Under the pieces are notes generated by a model, which was given only the letters and a program-made list of their open reading frames with translations, was not told where the DNA came from and made no database searches. DNA of 64,000 nucleotides, taken from IMG/VR virus record IMGVR_UViG_3300008108_000181, positions 17,197 to 81,196 of that record. One strand, 5' to 3'. Position numbers and translations under genes: made by a program. Shown piece by piece: positions 1 through 9,034 of the stretch (positions are counted from its first letter, which is position 1; each line of letters opens with the position of its first letter). Source of the DNA: a virus.

Positions 1-462
1 AGCAGTAATATTGGGAACATTATTTTTAGTAGTTGTTACTCCAATTAATATACTGCCTCCACCCAAATCGATTTGTAAATCTTGATCAACAAATGGTGTT
101 TGATTTGCAAATCGTGGATCAGTTAAATTAGCAGAGCCCTTTAATACTTTGATTTCACTTCTAAATTGTGTACCGATACTTTGTCTTTCGAATTTAATCC
201 ATTTGGAATCAGTTCTAAAGTTTACCGATTCTGAAATCAAACCCGTTTCAAATTCAGTAATATATCGAATAGAATTACCAACAAACACATCTGCATCAAT
301 ACGAATATCAGTCCCTATCACTGGTTGTGATAAATTTTCTTGTTGAGATGAAAAAGTAAATTGTATAGTTACATCAGGAGCATCGGTTGGATTAATAACG
401 CGTACCACTCCCTCATTTTCTTTAAAGATAGTTGTTTTATATGAAGTGGTAATTATAGTCAT
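1..462 (-). CDS. Partial CDS running off the left edge (MTIITTSYKTTIFKENEGVVRV...), probable virion structural protein
   Basis: ATG at 462-460 with an open frame to the window edge; lies in the structural block; absent from the ORF track because it is truncated. Confidence 0.75.
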   Translation of the reverse strand, partial: MTIITTSYKTTIFKENEGVVRVINPTDAPDVTIQFTFSSQQENLSQPVIGTDIRIDADVFVGNSIRYITEFETGLISESVNFRTDSKWIKFERQSIGTQFRSEIKVLKGSANLTDPRFANQTPFVDQDLQIDLGGGSILIGVTTTKNNVPNITA

Positions 463-474
463 TTATTATCGTAT

Positions 475-1032
475 TTATCGTTGTGCATTATTATCTTGTG
501 AAGTACCAGCTACAGCAAAAGCAGGTGTTCTAAACTGACCAGGAGTTATTTCAGTATCTCCTGCTCCCCCGGCCGATGTTTGTCCTGCTCCACCTCCTGC
601 AGTTGCACCAATCACATTAGTCACTACTTCTGATGAAAGAATATATGTTTCTTGTGAATTGTTTGTACCATTAACTACCGTAATAATTTTGGGAGTTAGT
701 AATTCAGTCTCTTCGAATTTCATAACATGAGGTGTAATAAAATTAGTATTAACCCCACCAAGTAAAATACTTGCACCATTTGGTGATGATGTTATAGTAA
801 AAGAAATTGTTCTACTTGTAGGTACACTTGTAACCGCACCTGACGTATTAGTAACGGTGGTAGTGGTGGTTTCACCCGGTTGTCCTGACCCACCTCCACC
901 TTCTTCACTATTCGAAAGACTTGCGGCATCTTGTTGAGTAGCTGTAAGTGGATTACTTGGATTGAATTGTCCTATTCCACCCCCTGCTCTAACATCTCCT
1001 ACACCAATATTTGAAACATCTACTACTGCCAT
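475..1032 (-). CDS. Gly/Thr-rich protein with a PEGA-like segment, probable virion protein
   Basis: ISFTITSSPNGASILLGGVNTNFITP resembles the PEGA S-x-P-x-G-A...TP pattern; late-type motif upstream. Confidence 0.6.
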   Translation of the reverse strand: MAVVDVSNIGVGDVRAGGGIGQFNPSNPLTATQQDAASLSNSEEGGGGSGQPGETTTTTVTNTSGAVTSVPTSRTISFTITSSPNGASILLGGVNTNFITPHVMKFEETELLTPKIITVVNGTNNSQETYILSSEVVTNVIGATAGGGAGQTSAGGAGDTEITPGQFRTPAFAVAGTSQDNNAQR

Positions 1033-1068
1033 TATCTTAATTTTATTTTATATAAATATTTTAATATT

Positions 1069-2565
1069 TTATTGTTGTGCCCCACGAGGTGCTGTACCCC
1101 CATCAATTCCAAATCCAGGACCTCTATACTGACCAGGATTTACTTCGATGAACCCTTCACCTGTTGCTGTGGTTTGGAATCCACTACCACCGCCACCGGT
1201 TGAAGTTGGTCCAAATGAACTACCATCTCCTCCTTGTTCTTCACGCGGTGGAGGTGGTGGTGGACTACCAGCTGGTTTTTGTGTTTCTCTAATATCACTT
1301 CCATCTGATGTTTTAAGAGAACCTTCGTAGTATGATAAGGTAAATTTATCATATTCATTAAATTTTTGTAATTGGCCACCTGACGCATTTACATATCTAG
1401 CAGATGAACCATCTTTCCAACCATACCAAGTTTTTGTTACAAGTTCGGTAGTGGGAGTTGGGTTAGCAGTTATTGTAGTGTTGGTTTCAAATACACAACT
1501 ACCATCATCTTCTTTTGCCAGAGGATTGTAGTTTTTAGCATTAGGATTGGTACAACCCCTTACAACAAATTGAGAATTATCAAATGCATCAGTATCATAT
1601 TTGGTACCTGATGTAACTGTTTTTAGAAGTTGTTTTACTTCGTCTAAAGTTATTTGTTCATCTAATGTTAAAATATTCTCTTCTTGATATGTACGCTTCG
1701 GTAGATATTTATCAATTACTTTTATCAAAATTGAATTTAAAGTTTCAACAATTTTTTCAACTGAAAGTTCTAAATCTCTTGGTGTGGAAAGTGGTTTCCC
1801 ATAATTGTTAGATGAAATGTTCCAGTCTCTATTTTCTACAAAGTATTGAGCACCTTCTACTAATTTTTCTTTAATTTGATTTACAAACAATTCCCAATTT
1901 TGTACTTTGAATTCCGATTGAATTAATTTAACATAATTTTCACCAGATGTAACTGTACCATTTAATGTTAAAAATGTTTTTAATACATCATCAACTTTAA
2001 TTGATTCTACCATAGATTTTACAAAATAAATGGTATCATCTCTAAAATTTTTACCATTTAATAAAATATCTAATCTTTTTTGTAAATCATCATAAACTAT
2101 TTCGTTTTCATCTTCCATTGGGAGAATACGAATTTCAGTACGAGATGGTGATATTTCATGAATCCATAATTTATCTTTATCAACCGTTTCAGAACCAACT
2201 CTTCGGTTTAATAAAGAAACTTGACTTTTAAAAATACCATTAGAATATCCGGCTTCAGTAATAAGTTTTTCTATATCAATAATATACTCATCTGCACCAT
2301 TCATTTTCATGTTTGATGGATTTTGAGTAATTAAAAAGTATTTTCTAATATTTTCTACATCTAAAGGAATGTATCTAACTAATTGTCCTGAATCACCTTG
2401 TGGTAATTGATTATCGTTTGAATCATAAACAATAAATTCAATCATATCAGATATACCAAGACCAAAGTATGATTTACCAATTTCTCTTTCAAAAATGGTT
2501 CTATCTTTAGCGTTTACTCTAAACCCTTTTTTATCGATTATCTCTTTGAATCCTCTTATTGCCAT
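1069..2565 (-). CDS. Hypothetical virion-associated protein with one GCT...NYNP...DDGSC repeat unit
   Basis: 498-aa ORF; GCTNPNAKNYNPLAKEDDGSC motif; Pro/Gly-rich tail. Confidence 0.7.
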   Translation of the reverse strand: MAIRGFKEIIDKKGFRVNAKDRTIFEREIGKSYFGLGISDMIEFIVYDSNDNQLPQGDSGQLVRYIPLDVENIRKYFLITQNPSNMKMNGADEYIIDIEKLITEAGYSNGIFKSQVSLLNRRVGSETVDKDKLWIHEISPSRTEIRILPMEDENEIVYDDLQKRLDILLNGKNFRDDTIYFVKSMVESIKVDDVLKTFLTLNGTVTSGENYVKLIQSEFKVQNWELFVNQIKEKLVEGAQYFVENRDWNISSNNYGKPLSTPRDLELSVEKIVETLNSILIKVIDKYLPKRTYQEENILTLDEQITLDEVKQLLKTVTSGTKYDTDAFDNSQFVVRGCTNPNAKNYNPLAKEDDGSCVFETNTTITANPTPTTELVTKTWYGWKDGSSARYVNASGGQLQKFNEYDKFTLSYYEGSLKTSDGSDIRETQKPAGSPPPPPPREEQGGDGSSFGPTSTGGGGSGFQTTATGEGFIEVNPGQYRGPGFGIDGGTAPRGAQQ

Positions 2566-3599
2566 GATACTTGTTTGTTCTTATTTGCAAACACTTTATA
2601 TACTAAAATTGAAAACTTCTCACCGAATTTGTGTAAGAATTTTCCCTTATAATTTTGTTTTGGTAAAACACCCATTTCGTATGCCATGTATTCTGACCAA
2701 TCTTTAACAAAATAATTGTAAACGAATTTAGAAAAAGATTTAGATGTTTTTAATCTATTGACAATTGGTTGTGCCCAAATCCAATATCCATACATAACTT
2801 CAGGATTTTTCTGAAGTACAATATCACCGAATTTAGAATCCATGTCGTAAATGAATTGTGGCATAAATCCTTGATTATACATTTCAGTACAAATGATAGT
2901 ACCTCTTCCTTCACTATTTCGTTCATTGAGTGCATTAGCAGCATCTGCAAAGTTATTTTGTGCAGCAACTAAATTATCTTGAATTGTTGCAATAGTGTTA
3001 TTTGCTCTATCGATTGTACTTTTTGATTCCTCTTGGAGTGCTATAAATGCTTCCTTTTCTGCAAGTAATCCTTGTAACGATGCTTCTCTCGATACTCGTT
3101 CTATAGCTTCTTTTACACCTTTAGAAAGTGCAGATTGTAAATCTAATGTTACTGATTGTAGTACTTGGTTTGTAGCATCTCTTTCGTTTTCTGCAGATGA
3201 TTTTAATAATTTTTGTAAATCTATATCAATTTGTAATTGTTCTATATCAGTTCTAAGTGATTCGTTTTCTACAAGTAATTGATCTACTTGTTCTTGTAAA
3301 TCTTGTATATCAAGAAGAGCTCGATTATACAATCTTCGTAAATCATCATAAATTGTTTTTAGTACAACTGCAGGTGCTTCTACTCGTGGAGGACCTATTA
3401 ATTCATCTACAACGGTATCAACTGCTTTTACAAGTTGTTCATTATTGTAAACGGGTCTTTCAACATATCCAAATGTAGAACCATCAGTATCTACTGAAGT
3501 ATCTGATAAAATAATACCTTCAGGAGTCACCTCTTGTTTTAATGCAGCCGAACCACTTTTTATAAGTTCTGATAATATAAATTCGTTACTTAATGCCAT
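2556..3599 (-). CDS. Coiled-coil protein with C-terminal IICTEMY domain
   Basis: Long heptad-rich middle; C-terminal GRGTIICTEMYNQG...GYWIWAQPIV segment. Confidence 0.7.
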   Translation of the reverse strand: MALSNEFILSELIKSGSAALKQEVTPEGIILSDTSVDTDGSTFGYVERPVYNNEQLVKAVDTVVDELIGPPRVEAPAVVLKTIYDDLRRLYNRALLDIQDLQEQVDQLLVENESLRTDIEQLQIDIDLQKLLKSSAENERDATNQVLQSVTLDLQSALSKGVKEAIERVSREASLQGLLAEKEAFIALQEESKSTIDRANNTIATIQDNLVAAQNNFADAANALNERNSEGRGTIICTEMYNQGFMPQFIYDMDSKFGDIVLQKNPEVMYGYWIWAQPIVNRLKTSKSFSKFVYNYFVKDWSEYMAYEMGVLPKQNYKGKFLHKFGEKFSILVYKVFANKNKQVSWQ

Positions 3600-4660
3600 T
3601 ATTTTTCTACTAAGAATGTTAAATCTCTATCTGAGAAGTATTCTATTACACCATCTCTATCTATTTTTATTTCAATATAGTATTCTCTATTAGTTTGCCA
3701 ATTTTGTAAATTTAACTTAAAAAAGTTACCATTGGAATCACAACTAACTTTTGAATAATCACCAAATGGTATAATTACATCATCAGTAACGATATCCTTT
3801 ATTTGATAATAGGTTGTTGATGGTAAGTATTTTAAATCAGTATATGTATAAAAATTAGTATAAGTTTTTAATGGATATTTTTCTCTACCAAATACTCTAA
3901 TTTCAGGTTTACTACCAATTTTATATTTACTTTTTAATCGTTTAAATGTCACATGGATATCATCAGATGTAAGTTCTGTAAGTGAACCAGTTGTGAAAAT
4001 AGAATCGTCCCATCCAACTCTTAATTTTGGTTGGTATATTGTATTTGTTTCTTTGGAAAAGAATTTTAATTGACCATAATCATTTGCATCATTTTCTAAT
4101 GAAGAATCGTATTTTATAATAAATCCATTATTTGGAAGTGAACCACTTAACCATAATTCGATTGTATTTTTTACATCGATTGATAAATCTGCAGTCTGAT
4201 ATTCAAATGATTGTGTTGCCTGAGATGCAGTATACCAAGTTCCTCCTCTACCATTATAAGAACCAGTTGAATCCAATGATAACGAATCTGCCATTAACCA
4301 ATTCGTATTAGTAGATTTGTGATTCCATGTTATACCATCACCCGAAATCTCATCAAAACGAGTTCCAATTCCCATTTCCCAAGATTGAGAAACCGGGTAG
4401 GCATATATTGTATATGATAATGGTATTTCAGATGCTTCGGCTTCATGTAAAATAAGGTCAACCGAACTCATTGTTACGTGTCCACTCACTATTGATGATG
4501 AAAGATTATTCAAATCAAACTGAATGAATGTACGAGCAACATCTTTTAGATTTCCATAATAAGTTTTAGAAACTTCTAATATTTCATCTAATCCAGTATT
4601 CTGGGTTGGTTGTTGTAAATATATTGATGCATCTTTTGATGCTGTTAAAAAATAATACAT
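3599..4660 (-). CDS. Structural protein, DNRLRE-like beta-rich domain (tentative)
   Basis: KDASIY...NTG...RTFIQFDL...W...G.TW...NNGFII...PKL pattern; overlaps the stop of the wedge gene. Confidence 0.5.
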   Translation of the reverse strand: MYYFLTASKDASIYLQQPTQNTGLDEILEVSKTYYGNLKDVARTFIQFDLNNLSSSIVSGHVTMSSVDLILHEAEASEIPLSYTIYAYPVSQSWEMGIGTRFDEISGDGITWNHKSTNTNWLMADSLSLDSTGSYNGRGGTWYTASQATQSFEYQTADLSIDVKNTIELWLSGSLPNNGFIIKYDSSLENDANDYGQLKFFSKETNTIYQPKLRVGWDDSIFTTGSLTELTSDDIHVTFKRLKSKYKIGSKPEIRVFGREKYPLKTYTNFYTYTDLKYLPSTTYYQIKDIVTDDVIIPFGDYSKVSCDSNGNFFKLNLQNWQTNREYYIEIKIDRDGVIEYFSDRDLTFLVEK

Positions 4661-6675
4661 TATATAGCCCTCCCCTTAATGTCTTTATTTGGAAATTTAA
4701 CTTCAAATACCGATGGATCTAATGATGGATATACCATCTTACCCTTTGTTGCAGCTCGAATATTATATGAATTTTTAGAATAACTACCCAAACATTTATT
4801 TACAATTTCACACTTAGGTACTGATTGAACTCCCTCTACACCTGCGATTAATAATTCAACTTCTGAAATATTAATTGGCATATTGAATGTCCAATTATCT
4901 ATATTAAAGTATTGTTGAAGTTCGGTGATACAACGAGTTAAAACTTCTCTCTTGTTATATCCACCATAAACTCTAATTTCAAAATCAACACCAATATTAA
5001 TTACAAACCCATCCAATAGATTTACACCATCAGTTAATAATCTATATTCATTCATGTATGTTTTTAGATTTTCTTTTACTGCTCTATTGAGAGGTGTTAA
5101 ATTTTTATTTAGGTTATAGCCTAAAACATATAAATTAATTGCAAATGGATTATTTTTTTCTTGTATATTATTTTTCTTACCAATTAAAAATTTTTGAACT
5201 TCTTGTTTAATTTGGTCTTCAGTTAATTCTCGATTTTTTAAATCAGTAATTAAACCAGTAAATTCATCCAACACATCAGGATTTGCCAAAATAGAAGAAG
5301 GTGAATTATTATCTAATTCTCCATCGGGTGCACAATATGCTTTAGCAATTCCACCGTATTTTGGAGGAAGTGATAATGCTCTTACTTGATAATCTTTACG
5401 AGTTACCGCTCTGTTTTGTGAACCAAAGTTAGCAAGTGAATTTTCTCTGATTTCTTCAATAGTTTCTGCACCTCTACCTCCAGTTGCAGGAATTTCATTA
5501 TCCACTGCAACTGATGCCTTCATTGAATTATATAATCGTAATTCATCTGGAGTAAAAGTTGTAGTATCATCATCGAATTCAATTCTATCAATTTTAGTTA
5601 AATCTCCTTTTGGTACATTGGAACTAATACCACCTCCAACTAAATACGAAACCGTAAGTGTCGTATTAGATGGTGCCTGACCGTATGTATTGGTTTTTAA
5701 GAAATTTGCCGGGTCAAACGATGAACCTAATTTATTAATTGAAGAATTAAGTCCTAATCCTACATTTTTAAAGTTTGGTATTAGAGTTTCATCACTTGAG
5801 TTTATTCCACCTCCAAATATAAGTGTGGTTGTATTATTTTCGTTTACTTGTTTTACAAATCTACGAGAAGTTTTAATTAACTTTAATATGTTTGGAACTG
5901 AATCTTTAAATTGAACTAAATCTTTATCGGTTTGTTCGGAATTTGGATAATCTATATACACCATTTCTTGTGCAAGATATGGTACCTCATACCATTTATT
6001 TCCATTAGAATCTCGAACATCGTAAATATCAATTACATTTGTATCTCCTATTTCTATTTTAGAGAATTGTTGTGCAGAACTAAATGATACATTTTGAGAT
6101 CTTAAAGTTGCCGAAATAGCATTAACATATTTTTTAACCAAGTATAAATTAGGTTCACCTGTTATGCTGTCATTTCTATATACACTTATTTCTCGTTCAT
6201 CCTCAACATTAAAATCTAATAATTCAGTTGTTCTGAATACAACTGAACTTGGGCCGGATACCAACATACCTTCCTTAATTCTTAAAAAATAAGTTTCATC
6301 AGGTTTAATATCACTTCCAGTTCGTGTTGCCGGTACTAATTGATATACTGATAATTTTGTAATTGCAGGAGATGTTACTTTGGGTTTATATCCTAAATAG
6401 TTTGCAAGAGCGATAACATTATTTTTATCCTCTGCATATAACATCATTGATTCTTTTAATGAATCATCAACATAGTATGATAGAACATCACCTATATACG
6501 ATGCCATTTCAATAAATAACATACCAGGGGATGCCTCATTGAAATCGGAATAAGTTTTTGGGAAATATGTTTTTGCGTATTCAATTAAATTACGTCTAAA
6601 TGATGCAAAATCTTTATTAAGATATTTTATATCTCTACCCTGATTACTTCTTCTTGTTGTACTATTTAGTGCCAT
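4660..6675 (-). CDS. Baseplate wedge subunit (T4 gp6-like)
   Basis: YLNKDF...SDFNEASPG..FIEMASYIGDVLSYY, GGRGAETIEEIR, QNRAVTRKDY motifs; next to a gp25-like gene. Confidence 0.9.
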   Translation of the reverse strand: MALNSTTRRSNQGRDIKYLNKDFASFRRNLIEYAKTYFPKTYSDFNEASPGMLFIEMASYIGDVLSYYVDDSLKESMMLYAEDKNNVIALANYLGYKPKVTSPAITKLSVYQLVPATRTGSDIKPDETYFLRIKEGMLVSGPSSVVFRTTELLDFNVEDEREISVYRNDSITGEPNLYLVKKYVNAISATLRSQNVSFSSAQQFSKIEIGDTNVIDIYDVRDSNGNKWYEVPYLAQEMVYIDYPNSEQTDKDLVQFKDSVPNILKLIKTSRRFVKQVNENNTTTLIFGGGINSSDETLIPNFKNVGLGLNSSINKLGSSFDPANFLKTNTYGQAPSNTTLTVSYLVGGGISSNVPKGDLTKIDRIEFDDDTTTFTPDELRLYNSMKASVAVDNEIPATGGRGAETIEEIRENSLANFGSQNRAVTRKDYQVRALSLPPKYGGIAKAYCAPDGELDNNSPSSILANPDVLDEFTGLITDLKNRELTEDQIKQEVQKFLIGKKNNIQEKNNPFAINLYVLGYNLNKNLTPLNRAVKENLKTYMNEYRLLTDGVNLLDGFVINIGVDFEIRVYGGYNKREVLTRCITELQQYFNIDNWTFNMPINISEVELLIAGVEGVQSVPKCEIVNKCLGSYSKNSYNIRAATKGKMVYPSLDPSVFEVKFPNKDIKGRAI

Positions 6676-6679
6676 TTAA

Positions 6680-7111
6680 TTAACCTCGTATCGTAAATGT
6701 TATTTCTTCTGTATTTATTTGATTACCAACTGTAAATTGAATATTCATATTTGCGATATTTCTATCTTTCATCTCATCTGTCATTTCAATATCGATTTGT
6801 TTGATAGTAATATATGGTAACCAATAATTTACATTAGTTGTTATTGTTTCTTCTAATCTAGTTTCAAAATCATCTGTCATTTGTTCAAAAAGTAAAGATT
6901 GTAATCCAGTACCAAAGTTGGGTTGCATAACTCGTTCACCTTTTTTGGTAAGTAAGAGATTTTTTAAATTAGCTTTTGCTTGTTCAAAGACAGAAAATGC
7001 TTGATTAAAATATCCAGTATTACCTCGTTGGACAGGTAGAGTAATACCGTAAGCAAAATCATTAAATGCTTCAGTATCTTTTACAATCTTTTTATTTAAA
7101 ACATATGCCAT
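6680..7111 (-). CDS. Baseplate wedge protein, GPW/gp25 family
   Basis: NLKNLLLTKKGERVMQPNFGTGL..LLFEQ...WLPYI signature. Confidence 0.9.
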   Translation of the reverse strand: MAYVLNKKIVKDTEAFNDFAYGITLPVQRGNTGYFNQAFSVFEQAKANLKNLLLTKKGERVMQPNFGTGLQSLLFEQMTDDFETRLEETITTNVNYWLPYITIKQIDIEMTDEMKDRNIANMNIQFTVGNQINTEEITFTIRG

Positions 7112-7113
7112 TA

Positions 7114-7749
7114 TTACTTATTGAACCTCTTAACTAATTGAGAGTAATCTCGGTTTAATGCTTTATCTAATGCTTCGTTTCCAGTTTTGACACCCAAACC
7201 ACCTCGTTGAGCACCGCCACCAAAATCACCATAACCCATTTTCTCTGCCATTTGATTTCTCATAGCACCCAAACCTACTTGTGCAGTTACTGGATTATTA
7301 AATGTAAATGTTTCATCAATATCAGGTTCTGCATCCATATAAGAAGGAACATAAGATGCTACTTCTTGAATGGGTTGTTGGTATGTATCTAAAATTGAAG
7401 TACCACCACCAAGACCACTTCTTTGAGCAGAACTAAATGGTTGTGTTTGATTTAGTATTTCATTCAATACCGGATTTTTTGTAAACTCTTTTGTTGGTTT
7501 ATTTTGAGTTTGTTGTCTTTCTTTTTGTAAGACAGATTCTGCAAGAGCAAAAGGGTCTAATTCTTTTGTTTTAGTTGTAGTTTGAATCGGAGTTTTACTT
7601 TTTGTTTCTTTTAAAAGTTTTACCATTTTGGCATTAACTTCTTCTTCCAAAATTTTTGGAAAAATTTTAGTTAGAAAATGTTCTTGTTTTTTAGCAACTT
7701 CCGCTTCTACAATTACTTGAATTAACTTTGCTAATTTTTTACTATCCAT
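7114..7749 (-). CDS. Hypothetical phage protein
   Basis: 211-aa ORF heading the baseplate transcription unit; late-type motif at 7772-7779. Confidence 0.7.
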   Translation of the reverse strand: MDSKKLAKLIQVIVEAEVAKKQEHFLTKIFPKILEEEVNAKMVKLLKETKSKTPIQTTTKTKELDPFALAESVLQKERQQTQNKPTKEFTKNPVLNEILNQTQPFSSAQRSGLGGGTSILDTYQQPIQEVASYVPSYMDAEPDIDETFTFNNPVTAQVGLGAMRNQMAEKMGYGDFGGGAQRGGLGVKTGNEALDKALNRDYSQLVKRFNK

Positions 7750-7807
7750 TTTTATTCGGTTTTATTCTTTATATAAATATACCTTTTATGGATTTTGTAT
7801 TCTAAAT

Positions 7808-7834
7808 AAAAAAAGGGAGTTTTCACTCCCTTTT
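7808..7834 (-). terminator. Intrinsic terminator after the lipoprotein gene
   Basis: Minus strand GGGAGT-GAAA-ACTCCC followed by a T run. Confidence 0.85.
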
Positions 7835-7837
7835 AAT

Positions 7838-9034
7838 TTAATTACCTTTAGATGGGAACCTAGTCCATCCATTACTCCAAATTGGTTTATCTAATTCAGG
7901 TATTACCACATCTATCTCCTTATTGCTCTTTGAAAGTGCTAGAGTTTTCAATTGGTCATTAGTTAGGATTGTAGTTGCCTTACTGATAAAGTTTAAGGTA
8001 GGATTAAATGTTCCTACTGAATTGTTTTCAAATACTGAAACTCCATCTTTTACAAATCCTGCAGTTTCATTACTTTCCAAACTCAAACCACCTTTCATCC
8101 AACCCCACACAATACTGTTCTTCATTGTGAATTGAGTTGCTCTCCTAAATCTCAAACCTAAATTGTGATTTGCTAATGCAGTAGATACATTAGGTCCAAC
8201 TAAAATCATATTGTAAAGTTTCGGATGTGTGTATGGTTGTGCAGGTGAACCCGTTCCATCGTTATCACATTCAACACCATTTCCAGCATCACCACTATCT
8301 ACGAATTGTGGGTCTCTCTTTGCTACACCATTTGTAATTGTTCCAGTATATCCAAAATCAAAATCAAAATCATCATCTGCGGTTGCGAATGCGTATAGAT
8401 TTCTTGCAGATACTGTTCCACCAAAGAATTCAAATGCATCATCGTTAGCGTAGATAGTTTGAACATTCTCAACGATTGTTCCACTACCAACTCCACCCAA
8501 TGTTAGTGCATTGATTTCTGAGTTTGGAAGTGCAGCAATACCTGCGTATTCAATTCTTACAAAACGAAGAACACCACTATTATCTAAATCGTTTGTTCCT
8601 CCATAAGGTCTACCAATACCACCTTCAATAGTTGGTTCTGATGTTCTATTGGTTTTTGCTCTACCCAATATCACAATACCACCCCAATCTCCAGGTGCTC
8701 TTTCTCCAACTGCTTTACCTGAAGTAAATACGATTGGTTTTGTTGCAGTTCCTTCTGCTACAATTTGTGCTCCTCTTTCAATTACCAATGCACCTTTCTC
8801 ACTTATATCGGATACGATTGTAGTTCCAGGTTGAATAATTAGTTTTGCTCCATCGGTTACATATACATAACCTTTCAATGTCCAAACTTTATCCGCAGTT
8901 AAAGTTGTTGTTGTGTTTATGTTACCGGAAATTGTTGTAGTTGATGGAATGTTAATTGGTCCATCACCTCCACCCAATTCGGTTTCACAACTTAATAATC
9001 CGAATGCTAAAATAGCTACTAATAGTTTTTTCAT
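7838..9034 (-). CDS. Outer-membrane lipoprotein partner of the TonB-dependent receptor (likely beta-helix)
   Basis: Lipobox LLSC; PIVFTS...PGDWGGIVILGRA, DNSGVLRFVRIEYAG, DDAFEFFGG, DDDFDFDFGY motifs. Confidence 0.85.
   Translation of the reverse strand: MKKLLVAILAFGLLSCETELGGGDGPINIPSTTTISGNINTTTTLTADKVWTLKGYVYVTDGAKLIIQPGTTIVSDISEKGALVIERGAQIVAEGTATKPIVFTSGKAVGERAPGDWGGIVILGRAKTNRTSEPTIEGGIGRPYGGTNDLDNSGVLRFVRIEYAGIAALPNSEINALTLGGVGSGTIVENVQTIYANDDAFEFFGGTVSARNLYAFATADDDFDFDFGYTGTITNGVAKRDPQFVDSGDAGNGVECDNDGTGSPAQPYTHPKLYNMILVGPNVSTALANHNLGLRFRRATQFTMKNSIVWGWMKGGLSLESNETAGFVKDGVSVFENNSVGTFNPTLNFISKATTILTNDQLKTLALSKSNKEIDVVIPELDKPIWSNGWTRFPSKGN

Noticed and set aside
1140-1388. Nested same-strand ORFs (also 2750..2968, 27435..27635, 39855..40076)
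   Set aside because: Alternative frames inside longer genes with no independent evidence
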